Shown: positions 50,629-64,000, numbered from the stretch's first letter. The stretch: 64,000 nt of DNA from Enoplolaimus lenunculus (GCA_030248215.1 JASANG010002092.1:186001-250000), one strand, 5' to 3'. Notes: generated from the letters alone by a model not told the origin. Made by a program: numbers and translations.

Positions 50629-52752
50629 GCTTTTTGTTGCATTTATACCAAGTATATATGCTCTGGTATGCTATCGTGACAATCTAGGAATACACTTATT
50701 TATTGATGAGTTTGTTTTACATGTTTAATTATCAATGTTTTAGAAACATTTCAAATGTGTGCGTGATTTTGTCGACGTCGGTAATCGGTTATGGTTAGGT
50801 TTAGTCTAATGCTTAAAATTACACTTAGGATTATGCTTAGATTTAATCATAGGCTTTAGGACACTGTTTGGTGACACGTTGACGGTCGACGAATTGTCGT
50901 AGATTCGTTGCTGTCTTCAGTTTTGGATAATTTGGTGACGGGAGAATTTTTAGAAACTATCCAAAAACCGTATTAACATACGTAAAGCATGCAACTTACT
51001 TTGTTAATCGTTCGTTTATGCTCAGGCTTATGAAAAAGCTTAGGCTTTGGCATAGGTACGTAAGCCTTTACCTAACTTAAGCCTAAGCGTGAATCTAAGT
51101 TAAGGTGTATTTACAACAGCTTTCAAAATGTTACGGTTGTTTGTGACTTACCATTGTCAATCAGCTATACACAGCGTTGTTCTAATATTTATACTCGATT
51201 CGTAGACTTTGCTGCAAGACTTTGTTCCGTAGTTTGCCACAGATGAAGCTTGTAGAATTTCGTCACGTTTGAGTTGCAGCTGTAAGATGATCAAAATTGA
51301 TTAAAAAATTTTCACTCTGAGCTAAAATTTTAGACAGGGCACCCCTCCTAAGATGTATAGTATCAGTTTATATCTTAATTTTTTTATATAATTTGGTTCT
51401 GTAGGTGTTGGACACACTGGAACTAGATCCGTTAAACAACTACACAGACTTATCGACCATTAACGGTTCACTTATTGTGAAATATATACATACGTGGAAG
51501 GGCATAACGTCATGTAAAAGTTTTTTGCCAGTGTACAACTCAAATTTTAAGTATTTAAAATTATAGCTGACGTTTTTCCAGAAATTTATGTAGCGTTTAA
51601 ACCTCCGTATCTGCCTATGTACAACTTGCAGCGTTGACCAATGCCCAAACTACAATTTCCCAATCCCAGTGTTTACGCGTCAGTTCAGGAATGGGACGCC
51701 GAATTTGTACAATTGACGAAGGATGCGTTTGAAAAATGGTCGCAGTTGAACCGTGTCTGGTATGCTAAGTTTGGGAAAGGTTCACCCTAAATTCAATGTC
51801 AGGATTCCCATAAAATTAAGTAGTGTTTTATTTTTTCCATATGAGTAGGTACATTACAGAACAAACTTTAATTTTAAACAAGTTATTTGACTGAAAGTCA
51901 AATGCACGGTCACCGCGAGTTGCCCAAACCCAAAATTGTTCTGCTCCATCTAACTGAAATGATAGAATTCCTATAAATGTGAATCTAGTGGTGGTTATCT
52001 GCACACAGACAAATGGCTCTTGAGTAATTAAGCCTTAATATTGTGCCAGCGGAATGTTGTTAATTTAACACGGGTAAGTTTCTGAAATCTTGCTAAGTAC
52101 CTACTTATGTTATACTTAAGTAATTACTTAACTCGCCGAATTAAGTACTTAATATTTTGAGCAAAAATTAAACGCAAAATGTCAGCCATTGTTATAAAAA
52201 AGTAAGTTTTGCTACAGCATTACTATTAGACCAAAATTAGCATACCTGAATGGTTCATTTGTAATATATAAAAATTAGGCAGCGACTTAAGTATTTACTT
52301 AACTTGAGTTCGCTTTTAAAAACGATACAATGTTGAGTAATTAGTCAGGACGTACGTAAGTAATGTTGCACTAAAGTAGCGTTTCCGAAGCCCAGCTAAA
52401 CTTATGCCTTTAATCAATTTGATACAATTTTCCTAGTTGAAAAATTTAAGTTCTAATAACTTACGCAAATCTGTGTTTTATAAGCAAAGTTTTAAGCTGA
52501 AAGCAAAAAGCTTTATTATTCGGACGGAATATTTTTTATTCATTTAAGACGTGATTTAGCATGTAGAAATGTATTGAACAGTTACAAGTTCTGTCTATAC
52601 GTTCACAAGCATTTTTTGTGCAAAAATTCTACCGTAGAATAAAGCTCTTCTCGGTTTTATTGTTGTTGTTGTTTATTCATTTTTAATGTAAAATATACGC
52701 CGGATTTCCTCTTATTTTCGCGGAACGAAGAAATTGTGGTAAAATTATATGC

Positions 52753-53406
52753 AACTAGGGTAACCGCTTTGGGCGGGTGACTTTAAGCCGAACATTTGTT
52801 ATTTTGGTTGGGTTTGCGTGCTAAGTTATAGACTACAAAAAATTTTACTTTACCCAGGTCTTAAAACAGACCTTTAGTGCGGCCTACGGTGAGCGAAGCT
52901 GCGAGTAATGCTTCAACGGACGGCTGAAACTGCAGTCGAACTCTCGGCGCAGTGGGTAGCGAGGTGTCTTTGGACTGAGTTACCGGAGTGGTGCAACTGA
53001 CTGGCTACACACTCTCCACATATTTTTGCGAGTTTAACGTTTAGCATGCAAACCTGCTTAATTTAACTAAACGGCTTCACAGAAGTGTCCTGATTTTAAA
53101 GCCGTAGGTGAAGAAAAGAAACTAGAAAGTTTCAACAGTCGTACAAGATAAGATTATTTTCCAGACGGAACTTAAGATTTATATCGTTATGAACATGCGA
53201 AGCGTATGCATTCCGTAAAACAAAAAAATTGGATTACATTGCCACATATAAAGATATTATAGGATTTGAATGAAAAATTCTAGATTAGAATTTGTAAATT
53301 TAACCAAACTTTTTCATAAAACGTTCTAATATATACATAATACATATTTCTTTGAAAATTGTCGCGAGCGAAAACAAGAGTCACCGCCCGAGGGCGGTGA
53401 TAATAA
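52753..53406. mobile_element. Helentron/DINE-like non-autonomous element
   Basis: It starts AACTAGGGTAACCGC..GGGCGGGTGACTT. The inverted counterpart GAGTCACCGCCC overlaps a terminal hairpin TCACCGCC-CGAG-GGCGGTGA (53381-53400) followed by TAATAA. I saw no TSD. Confidence 0.5.
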
Positions 53407-54111
53407 CAAAGTAAAAGTTTACAGCTAGCATTTAGTATTCTGGAACTTTGTGGTGGCCGGTTGGGTGTGACGGGCTTCCACTTTTGGGGGTACGAAGCGC
53501 ACTAAAGTACAGCACTGCATTTCGTCAATTTTTGTTTGGGTAATTTGCGCATGTGGACAGTTGTTTTAGACTTGCTAATAAGTAAAAAGCCATTGAGTCC
53601 ACAAATCGTTAGGGTGGAAACAGCTGGCAATAAATTGCATAATGGTAAAGTTAGAAACCCAACAAAGATTTCATTGCGGGACAGCATAGCTCTGTGTAAA
53701 AATTTTTTTCGTGTGCGCGAAGCGAACGAGAAAATGTTGACCTGTACCATGCAAAAGTTTATTTTGTAAATGAAGTCGAAGAGGTTCATTGTGTGTTCAG
53801 AAAGTTTTTGAGGTATTCCCTTATATTTTTCTTTTTGCGTACATGCCTTGTTAAAGCTTCAGAAATCGAACTGCTTGTTTGTCGGCAAATAAAAATTATA
53901 GACAGACAAAACACACACGCGCACACACACGCGCACAGTGATGTCTGAAGAAATGACTAAATATTAGAACAACCTTATATAGGTTTATATTTATCAAAAT
54001 AGGCATGTTTAGTGTATATGCCATAGTCTCGCAGCATTTTAGGACTATAGACATTGTTAATATTACTGGTTTTTGAAGCTCGCTTGGCGCCGTGGCGAGC
54101 TACCGCAAAGC

Positions 54112-55053
54112 CAGGGTTCAACCGGAATACAGGTTTCGGTAGGGAAATCTGGTATTGGCCAGTATCCGGTTCCGGTATTAAATCCAGTTTTTTACACTAT
54201 CCGGTTCCGGTATTTTTTCACCGGAATTTTTACACTACGTATTGAAAAATTTTCTTAATTTGAAACGTTCAAAAAACTGGGGCATATTCAAAGTTATTTT
54301 TGTAAAATTTGCGAGTATGTAGAATGCCAGATTTACAATTAGTGTTATACTTTTCACTACTTAGTACTTACGTTTTCCTGTTACTGTATGTATTATGTTG
54401 CAGAAAGAACAGCATTGAAATTAGATTTTTCATTTGCTCAAAGTGAGAACCTTGAAATATAGAAAAATATAAGTTTATTCATTGCTTCCAGTGCCGGAGC
54501 AGGCTAATGCCGGTCCCCCGTAAAATTCCTTGGTGGGGGCCGCTGGCTACAGCCCTGAAAACCATCGGTTTTTTTGTTTTGATAACTCAGCTGCCGTCCT
54601 GCGTAGATATTTAAAAAATAGCGGATACCAACAGAGGCTTTGCATTGCAGGGAAGGTCCGGGTGTGGAGACCCTTGTTCCTTTTTTATGGTCAGAAAATC
54701 TTGCCTGCCAACCTAAACATAGCAAAGAATTTTTTATGAAAAAAGTGTAAGATTTTAGATTACAAATTACTGAAATTAGATTTGTCTTCTTTCTTTCGCT
54801 TGCGAGTTTTCTTCCTCCATTATACAGTGTTCCCAGTTACATGATGTGTTCGAAATTTTTTCCTGAATTACGTTGCCCGGCGATTGCATTTTAGGCAAGA
54901 TATGAAATTCACTAAACATACTATTGTGCCACCCAAATGTGTTCACCAGTGCACAAATTTAGCTGCTCTATCCATCCGGTTAATGTCCGGTTTCAGCAAG
55001 CAATTCACTATCCCGGTCAAGTATCCGGTAAATTAATATCTGGTCACACCCTG
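54112..55053. mobile_element. CAGGGT-type MITE with a nested insertion (about 54489-54950)
   Basis: The ends are CAGGGTTCAACCGGAATA and TATCTGGTCACACCCTG, with repeated TATCCGGTTCCGG subterminal motifs. Confidence 0.6.
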
Positions 55054-58000
55054 GTATTTCCCCTAGAACCCTCGCTGGAAATAGCATATATGTTATAAAG
55101 TTTTATTTCCGTTTACCGCTGCTTTTTCGCATGGCGTGGCTTGTAATTTTTCAGGCACACATTTTAAGATAGTAAAAGCTGATAATTATTACGCTCTTTT
55201 GAGCATGTTGTTTTGTGACCCAAACACTGGCTTATCTTTAATTTTGGGTTTACTCACAAGAATCGGTTCAAATCTATTTTGGTTTTGTACGTTCGTAAAT
55301 TTGTGAAATTCTGTGCCATTATTTCTGAGGGCCTAAAATAGTTCCGCTGCGGTTTAATATGCCATGATTTTCAAACACATACGTATTTTTTCGTAGCCCA
55401 ATTTTTCTACTTTATTTCTGGTGTAGGTGTGAATGTGGCACAAATTTGGCACAGTTTTATGCGCAGCTAAACCAACAATTTTCTTACAGATTGCACGTTG
55501 TCAGCCGAGATTTAGTTGTTGGAATATTGATTTAATTGTAGGGTGTTGAAATCGTAGAGATCGTGAAATTTGCTAACACATTTCGCTGTAAACTGGTTGG
55601 ATTTTGTAATTCTTGTTCTATTTTTAACGTTTGCTTTTCGAATTTAGCTCGAACTTGTTGTGTCGGTTTTATTCAGCCGTTTGCATTTCGCAGTAGGGAT
55701 TGGCCCCGGATATATCGCATCTAAGGACCGTATGCTAAAACGATTCGTTAGTTAGGTCTTGAGTAAAAGTTACGCTATTTACTACCGTAGTAAATTACTC
55801 CGGTAGTGAAATATAATTGGTATGTGAACAGCAGTAGCAAACAAGAAACAGTTTCTAAGTAAAAGCAAATATGATACAAGGTAAAAATGCAAGCAGTATC
55901 TCAATTTAATGGAAGGTTTTTACAAAAATTTAACTGTTAGCTTAACGGAACAGGGGTACAATCGGAGCTTTGCCTCCGGTTTCGATTCCGGCTGAAAAGG
56001 GATATCCAGCTCGAGTAGAAATGTTGTGAGGTTCAGGCAATTTCGATAGCTACATTTTGTTTGTATTTTTATATGTTGAGTCCTCTTCCACGTGTCTGCT
56101 TGTAACCTTGAGGCTATTTTCGTAGTTTCAAGTTAATTTAGTTTGCGAAATTTATCAACAATGAAACGTATAAGCCAGTTTGAACAAAAACGTTACAGAT
56201 TATTATTATTATTAAACGTACCAAATTGAACACGATAACTCTTAATTTCAGTTCACTTTCGAGTCCTGGTCCTACTTCAGCAAAGTTTATTAGCCAGAAC
56301 CTGGGGGGCGGTAGCACCGTCCCTACAGATATCAACGAGTTCTTTAAAAAATTTAACGTAATTTAACGTTCCCTTTCGTCCACTCCTCACTACTTCGGCT
56401 TCTACGAACCTATTGCTGGTTTGCAGAGCTGACTTTTTAATATTTACACACGATTTGCTGTTACGTAAGTTCGATTTTGTGTTTCATGTCCGTCCGCTTT
56501 TTTGCAGTTTTCTCCGCTCGTTTTACGCAACAATAAAGTCATCATTCCCTCAGGAGCGTAGTGAGGATTTCATTTTAGAAGGAGATTACTTCATAGGAAC
56601 TGGTTTTTCATACGAACGAGCCGTAGTGAACGAACATATTTATGATTACTTTTCGAATTTACAAGGTTATTCTAAACCAGCGTAACGATACTTTTTTAGT
56701 CTCTACGGATGTCACGGAAATATATCCCCCTGTCCCGTGAATGGCATACACTCTGTATTTGCTTCGTTTTCAAACTCACCGTAATTAATATCAACATTTA
56801 CGTAAGGTTTAGCTTTTGGCACGTGATTTTTTCAATCTCGTTTGCCACGCAAAGCGCGTGATTTTGACGGCGACGCAAGCACGCAATTTATATAGCAAAT
56901 ACGCTCATACGTTAGGTGTGTTGTCGACTGAATATACCCGTTATTTCGTCAGGTGTAAGAAACATTGCTTCGGTACAATTCGCGTGTGCGTTCGTCGAAT
57001 TACCAGCAATCGTTATTGTAATTTCATGGTTTTGGATTTAGTTAGACCGTCGAAACGGGGGCGGGCCGACAGTCGCAGTCAAACGGTTGTTATATGCGTT
57101 ACAATGCTGCGACAATGGCTTGTACGAAAGGAAAAGATGACGTGTAAAATACGATGTTGCACAGTGGCGCATCCAAGCATTTCTGACGGCCGAGACAGTG
57201 CAATGTATAATAGTAAAAAAAGCTCGCGAGCGAGAAGTCAAACCATAGACGAGTGTGATACATAGGTCCCATTGAGCGGGGTTGGGCGGAAGGAATTCGC
57301 TGACTTTGGGGCACGCCGGTTCACAGGTTCCAAAATGTAACAAAAATTGAAACGCAAATTCGTATCGGTTTTTGAAATTTTTAGCTCAAAAGTAAGTTGT
57401 GAACTTGTTTGGCAGAATCTGAGTTTGTACATTTTTATCGTTCATCAAATTGTACGAGTCCAACGCTTGTTATGTTCAGTTTGAAACAGTCCTGAATAAG
57501 TAAAAATCGCGGGACGGATATGGAAATCAACATCAAAATTGGTGAAATTCTTTTGAATTTTTGTTGCATAATTGCTGTTTCGTGAGCCAGGCGGAGCACA
57601 ATTTTTAATGGGATTCCATGGGAAAGGTAGAAAAAAATCTCTCGTGGGACAAGATAGGATGGGAGCGGCCGCATTCACCTTGCCTCCATCGCTTAGTCAA
57701 ACGCAATTTAGTACTAAACTTAAACACTAAATTTTGGTTTCGATTCATGTCGTTGGGAATTTCTAGGCATGGCCGGCCCCGTTTATCCGGCAATGATGCT
57801 GCAAGCTGAATTTTTTCCGATGTATTGGTATTGTATACAGAGCAGGAACACGTTCACTTTGCGGTATATATTTGTAGGTATATGCAGCAGAAGCCGTTTT
57901 CATGTACGTGTATATGATCTGTTTCACGGTCCTTGCTAGTGTTCTTAGTGTTAGCAGCTAACCTTGTATTGTAGTTTCAGCCTGTATTAATTTACGTGCA

Positions 58001-59007
58001 TGTGTGTCTTATATATAGTGAGCTCTGCTGCCAAAATATTGGGATGCAGTGTGCAATCGAACCGTTTGTCCAGTGGACAAAAATTTAAATTAGTTGCTGC
58101 AGCTAAAAAGCTGCAAATTTTATATATCTACCTGTATAAAATTGCAGAGTTAACCCGGGTGGTAGACGTTGTAGCTGATCCCCGTTACACAGAGGTATGC
58201 AACTAGGAATTGTTATCAGAGAAGGTCCATTTAAAGAGAGCATTCCGTAGCATAGAATTATTTTCAATAAATTTTTCGGCTATGGGCGAACATGTTCGTA
58301 AAGAGGCAGCGACCCATACCATCGTCTGTCTGTAGCTACGGCAATGCTTGTACATACGTACCTACCGGCGCCCATGATTGTATACGTATTATGTGTAAGC
58401 TAAAATATATAATACGCAGACATACAGTATTGTTCATTTTGTGTAGAAGGAAACAGTATTTGCTTTATGGCGTACGCCGTATATTATTTGGTTAAGCAGA
58501 TTTTGATTTAAATACGTACAATAATTATATATGCGTTTTTATATTGAGCTCGTAAGCGATAATACGTGGCAGTTGTCAGGGTCGTGGCATACGCATATGA
58601 TTCGGCAGGTTAAATCCTCTGAACTCAAGAAGCCCACAGGTTGTTTATTCTAAAACCTGTCAAAGTTATTTTTCCTCGTTGCTTTAGACATTTCGGCAGG
58701 GGATATCACGTGTTGCCGCCTTGTAGACGGCCTTGATACGTCGTATAGTTGTTAATACGGATGTACGATCTGTGGGTTTTTATTTTTTTTTCGCGCCAGC
58801 TTAGTGTGAATTTCAAAGATATATACGTAATAGATGTTTGTTGGTCTTTGTTTTTGGATAACATTGTGTAAGGATTTGTTTTCGTTTATAACGGTTCGTA
58901 CAGTGTTTTAGTGGGTTTTTCATCGTGAAACGGCAAGAGCGTGTGGCCACGCTGTTTAGGGTCAAACCACCTTATTCATGGGTTTTTAGCAACTTTTCAG
59001 TTGGTTG

Positions 59008-59416
59008 CAGGGTTCTGCCGGAATTCCTGCAGAAACTCAGTCCCTGTTCGTGTTCCTGCTGTTCCTGCATTCAAAGTTGCAGAAACCGGAATTTCTACGG
59101 ACAAATTATTCGTAGTTATTTAAATATTGGAAACTTTGTCTTTGAAAAATTATTATTTCGACATCAGTGTTTTTGCCGTTAGTTCAGTTTTGCTAACAAA
59201 TTGTTTCTCATGTGTTTTCTCAAACCTTGATGATGAAATAGCTGAAAATTCGCTTAATCCATTTTTGGTAAGCTTTCTACAAAGTTCAACATTAAATCGG
59301 TGATAAAAATTATTTCAAATCCCGGCTCTTGTTCCTGTTACGGCTATTGCAAACAAATTCAATTTTTGTTCATTTTCCTGCTCGAGTAAAACTTGTTCCG
59401 CGTTGTATCAACCCTG
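59008..59416. mobile_element. MITE family C copy (inverted)
   Basis: The ends are CAGGGTTCTGCCGGA and TCAACCCTG. The flanks GTTGGTTG and GTTGGTGA match at 6/8. Confidence 0.7.
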
Positions 59417-61284
59417 GTTGGTGAAGACACAGGAATCCTTCCTTCTTTGAACTTTTGATGCAACGTAATTGAACTTTGTGCGAAATCATGGAATGTAAAA
59501 GCTAAGCTTTACGCATAGCTTAATGTGACTTGATCCGATTTGTGCGGCATAACTTACCAAAACCCACGGAGCTTGATTTTGTTTTGAAAAACCATACTTG
59601 GAAATTTATTGAAACACAAATTATTGATGAAGCTCAGAAGCGATGGACGTCGTCATGCTGAAATCAACTTTCAATATGACGTGCGGACCGCCAGGTGTTT
59701 GGTTTTCAAATTGAAGGCTCTGAACACTTTCGCCACGTTTAGTGTACAGGCTTAAGCATGAGTGGCGGATGGCGGCGTGAGGCACAGTAAAGTAATTGCG
59801 CAACCGAAGCCGCAAACATTGTGATAGGTCATGTAACTTCCAAACTAATTAGTTTTGAGCTTCAAAATTTAACACCTTCGCGGCGTACAATTATGCTCTG
59901 TGTTGAATTTCAGAACCGCAGCGGTCGCAGTTTACGTGCTTGCAGGCACCTGACTAACAGTAACTGGTATTAGGGGCTGCACACTCTGGAGAATATGGGT
60001 GGCTACAGGTTGTAATGGCGATTCCAATAGGGTTTTGTGTTAGAGCTTTAATTTTTTATTTTGGTTTGTTTGTTGTTTTATATTTTAGACCTAATTATTG
60101 ATTCAATGTAATTGTATTCCTACTATTTCACTTTGTAATTATTTTCGTGTTCTTTATAGTATTTAAATGTGTGCCGCAAACGAATCAGCCTCGAATGTCT
60201 GCTGCAGTTGTAGTTTTGGTCGCTAGACTTAATATTTGTTAGACATATTATGAACGTGTCAATGTTAATGTTCACTGGTTGTTCGAAATTACGAGTATTT
60301 GGGTAATACCTGGTGATCGTCCACTCAGTGTGATGCCTTTATTGAGCTGTTTTCTGTTTGCTTATATGTCGAAAGTGTCGTAAACACTATTATTATTATC
60401 GTCAACTAAGTATCAGGGACTTGAAAACAATTTTTGAATTTAATAAAGCAAATTTGAATTTGTGCTGTCGGCGGACCTGTTGGATTTAGTGGCAAAGTAT
60501 AATTAAGTGCTATTACAGTGTAATAGATAATCGAAGTAATACTTAATTTATTGTCCGGTTGTATGCTGAATGCGTGTGGTTACGAACGTCTCTTGAATGA
60601 ATGTTGAACGGATTAAACTGATACGGTTCGTATATTTTGGAGCAAGACGTGGTATTAACTTCGACGTCAACAGTTACACACTGAAAATATTTTGCGTATT
60701 TCATCGCTGGATGTAACTTCAATTGATGATTCATGAACGAATTTTACTGCTACTGTATTAAAGCTATTATATATCATTTTTGTAGATTATCAAGCAAGAC
60801 TTCTGCAACATACATTTTATTCACTTTATGGGTTTACGTAATACGGGCGAAAGCATTACAAGCTTTATACGAATATTTATACTGGATTCTGTGGTGATTT
60901 ACACACAGCGGTTTCCATTCCTTGTTTTCATTCCATTTGGTTCGCACCAGTTTCGTTCATACTTACTTCACGGCTGATGGATGAAGTTTATACTTCAAAC
61001 ATACATTATTTTGATTGGTGACGACGTTTGCTGATCGTATTTGAAATAAATTTTGTTTGCATTTACCTGATAACTATTATAATATTTTCCTTCAGTTTTC
61101 ATCTCATCTCGATTCTGGTTGGTACATAACTTTGTTTTCCTGTATTCCTCGTGGTGTCCGCATCACAACTGCAAACATTGCATTGATTTCATATACGTAT
61201 GTTACCATATTGTTCACTTTACTAAACGACTGTGAAAAACCAGTCAGTGTCATACATACTTCGAAATGTAGAGAGCAATGAAAT

Positions 61285-62608
61285 ATGATCGATGATCCAG
61301 GAAGCTTTTATATCTGTACGGAAGCATTGCCCAGATGCTTCATTATTCAAAAGGTAGAATATAATTGTTACGTATCATATGAAAATATTAAGTTTACTTA
61401 TCCTTTTGTTGAGTATGCACTAATCGCTCTTCGTCCAAACTTGAATTTTTGAAAAGTTCAAATTTTTGAGGTCTTGAAAGTCCTCACCCTTATCAAAAAA
61501 GTTCACTTTAAAAATTAAACAATTTATTATTCGACGTAATTTGACGTTGAGAACCGAATGGTGATAAATTTTTTGCCATTCAAACAATTGGCTCTCGAGT
61601 TACTGTCGAAAAAAAGTGATCTGGCGCTCAACCAACTATTTGTGTTTGCGTCGAATCAGTTGTTTGTTCAGAGCCGTGATTAACACCCTGGAACCCCTCG
61701 CCTGAGAGGAGCAAGCCCAAAAGAGTCGGAGGCTTGGGAATAAAATCAATTTTAAAGCTCACCCTGACGAAAAATTTAGGACTTGCCATGCCACTGCTTT
61801 AGGAGGGCTCGTAGTGTGGTTAGGGAACCTTCAGCACGGCCTTGCTTTGACCATAACTCGTAAACCAGGGGTTGATAATATAATTTTCAACTTTAGACTC
61901 AGCATATATATATAAAATATCACTTTGACAAAAATTTTGCTTCTGTCCTAAGGGCGTGCTTGTGACTTCAAAAAGTCGAATTAGCCAAAAATTCAAACAC
62001 GGTTTGGGAAGGGTAACTGAAAAACACAGCAAGTTTGCTATTCAGGTGAAGTCAACTACTGTTTATTGTACGTGTTAGCTATGTAATGTAGCCAGTCAGT
62101 ACTTGGTGGCCGCAGCTAAGAATTGTCTATTTAGGTGCTTGTCAAAGTTGGTTATCGATTTTTAGTGGGCGTTAAACTGGAACCGGATTTTATACACATT
62201 TTTGCATGCTTTCGTAAACTTAAGCCTGTGGCGTCATCGCTTTTGTAATGCAAAGCGCTCTGGTAAACAGTCTAAATATAATTACGTAAGTAAACTTTCG
62301 CTACATCACATCATTCAATTCATGTCACATGCATTGATGAATGCTTTAGTTCCTGGTTGGAATTATTTTTTATTAAAAGTTGAACGATGAAATGATTTGA
62401 ATCCGTTCTCCGTACAATAATTAACTGTCATTCATTGTCAAAAATGTTGACGTGTTGGTTGTCATTCGTTTATAGGTCAGCTCAAAAAATTTGAGCAAAA
62501 TCTGGTCTGAACTGAACGGCGGATTTGGCGGCGTCAACGGTGTCAATTGTAGTGAATACTCGGCAAGCGGCGGCTGGATTTCGGACGAAGTCCCGTTAAT
62601 GCAAGATG
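61285..62608 (+). CDS. Candidate first coding exons of an unidentified plus-strand gene continuing beyond the window
   Basis: 61285-61353 (MIDDPGSFYICTEALPRCFIIQK|gtagaa) joins in phase to 62476-62608 (tttatag|VSSKNLSKIWSELNGGFGGVNGVNCSEYSASGGWISDEVPLMQD|gtaagt). The second exon is GC-richer than its flanks and has strong splice sites. I recognise no family. Confidence 0.4.
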
Positions 62609-63654
62609 GTAAGTTGTCAGGCTATTGTTTTGGTTAATTAAATATGTGTGTTGAATTGTAAACTCAAAATTTCACTATAGCAACCGTAATACAACTTGAG
62701 TGTTTTATATTTAATCCAGGCTTGCAACAAACGTTCAGAATCGGATTCCGTTTTTAAAAAGCCGAATTCGGCTGTGAACCTTTAGTGAGTACTTGCGATT
62801 CTGGATCTCAATCCAATGTTTCAATAAATTCGATCTTCGATATTTCAAAGTTCAATTGTTTCTGTTACCTCCATAAGATTCATTCGGCTTCTTAAGTCGG
62901 CATCTCAAACGGGCAATTTTTATGTCACCCGGTCTTTAGAAACCTGACATGTGGGGGAGGGAGTTTTCAGTTCATTTTCTGTCATAGATATAATGCAAAG
63001 AACATTATGCAACAGAACGTATGAGTATGAAGTGTAGTACGGATACTTTTGTTTCTATGCAGTTGGCACTCCGCCACAAGAACCCCCTAATTTGAAAAAC
63101 CGTAAAGTAAGATGTCAGACTTTTATTAGCTCCACCTGTTGTGCGAGTCACTACAACAGTATCCAGAACGTGTGCAGCAGTGTAACAAGCCACCAGCGTC
63201 ATCTGTGGATCATAAAAATTAAGCAAATAGATTAAACCACGACTGAAAATATTCCCAATTTCGTAGTTTATCATTAGTTTGAAAGCTACAAAAACTTTAT
63301 CCGAGACCTAAATTAAGTAAAGTCTCTAAAAGCCAGAGTTGTACGTATTTGTATTTGCGCCAGCTCGCTAGACATGCTAACTGCATTAGAATTGTTAGCT
63401 TAGATTTTTCATTTTTTTTTACTTTAATGTATCAAGAATTAGGCTTACTAAATTGCCTAGAGGCCAATCGCCGCCAGATGTTAAAGACACTCACTTGTGA
63501 AATGATTGTAGTTTCTGTATGATTGATTGGTCGGTCGCTAAATCAGAACGTGTAAATTTACAGCAGTTTAACGATTTGAGTTGGTGACCGGACTGAAGAC
63601 CGCCGGACAACTGGCCTGCCGGGCAAAACTCCGTCTGGACAAAAGGCCCTCTGG

Positions 63655-64000
63655 CAGGGATGGGCGGTCTCGACAAGTCTGCGGGATTCGACTGTTCTCG
63701 ATCTCGGTTTCGGTTTCGCCTTTTTTCCAGTCTCGGTGGTTTGCAAACCGAGACCAAAGAGGTGAAAAAGCGATAAGTAATCACAAAAATTTTCCAGTAA
63801 TCATAAAAATTTTCCTTGGATCGCAGCTTTGGCCCGGATGTATATACTTGCGCATTTCGCCCACCAACGCAGACAGCGAACGATTGTGGAGCACCGGTAC
63901 CTGGTTATACAGCGATTTGAGAAACAGAGTGACACCTCCGGCTACCCAAAAAAATTCTCCAGTCTATTCAGCTTGCCCGGGACCAAGAACAACAATATAG
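63655..64000. mobile_element. MITE family B copy cut by the window end
   Basis: It starts CAGGGATGGGCGGTCTCG and continues with CAGTCTCGGTGGTTTGCAAACCGAGACCAAAGAGGTGAAAAAGCGATAAG, as in the 33825 copy. Confidence 0.85.

Noticed and set aside
49986..51105. Interstitial telomeric repeats (TTAGGC/TTAGGT-like; also near 8495, 35390 and 44400)
   Set aside because: They are short, degenerate and embedded in MITE-like elements, not true telomere arrays.
56816..57265. 149-aa ORF and overlapping antisense ORFs
   Set aside because: There is no recognisable domain, the start is not ATG, and there is no clear splice context. It is probably a chance ORF in a CpG-rich, possibly regulatory, stretch.
59627..60010. 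Additional plus-strand coding exons
   Set aside because: The candidate splice joins I tried hit stop codons quickly, so they cannot be supported without transcripts.

Overview
AT-rich, intron-containing eukaryotic DNA without obvious CpG depletion. It is probably an invertebrate chordate such as an ascidian, but that is inference only. The left third holds two tandem minus-strand genes that I could splice by hand into open frames with GT-AG introns. One is a 17-exon mitochondrial ABC transporter ABCB7/ATM1 (12876-21437, 709 aa). The other is a divergent 7-exon SDR39U1-like Rossmann-fold epimerase (2665-10743, 345 aa) with an extra hydrophobic C-terminal tail. About 1 kb upstream of ABCB7 is a young, 5'-truncated non-LTR retrotransposon with a 13-bp target-site duplication (TSD). 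The 25-39 kb zone is a repeat hotspot. It contains a near-identical 296-bp tandem array whose unit has terminal inverted repeats and an internal tRNA-type Pol III promoter, G-quadruplex-prone GGGACAG arrays in a large inverted arrangement, and nested CAGGG...CCCTG MITEs with a local inverted duplication. The right half looks like MITE-rich intron or leader sequence of a plus-strand gene whose first candidate coding exons appear at 61.3-62.6 kb. The most unusual theme is tRNA-like A/B-box promoters sitting inside at least two, possibly three, repeat families that are not built like SINEs. No CRISPR array or prokaryotic system is supported.
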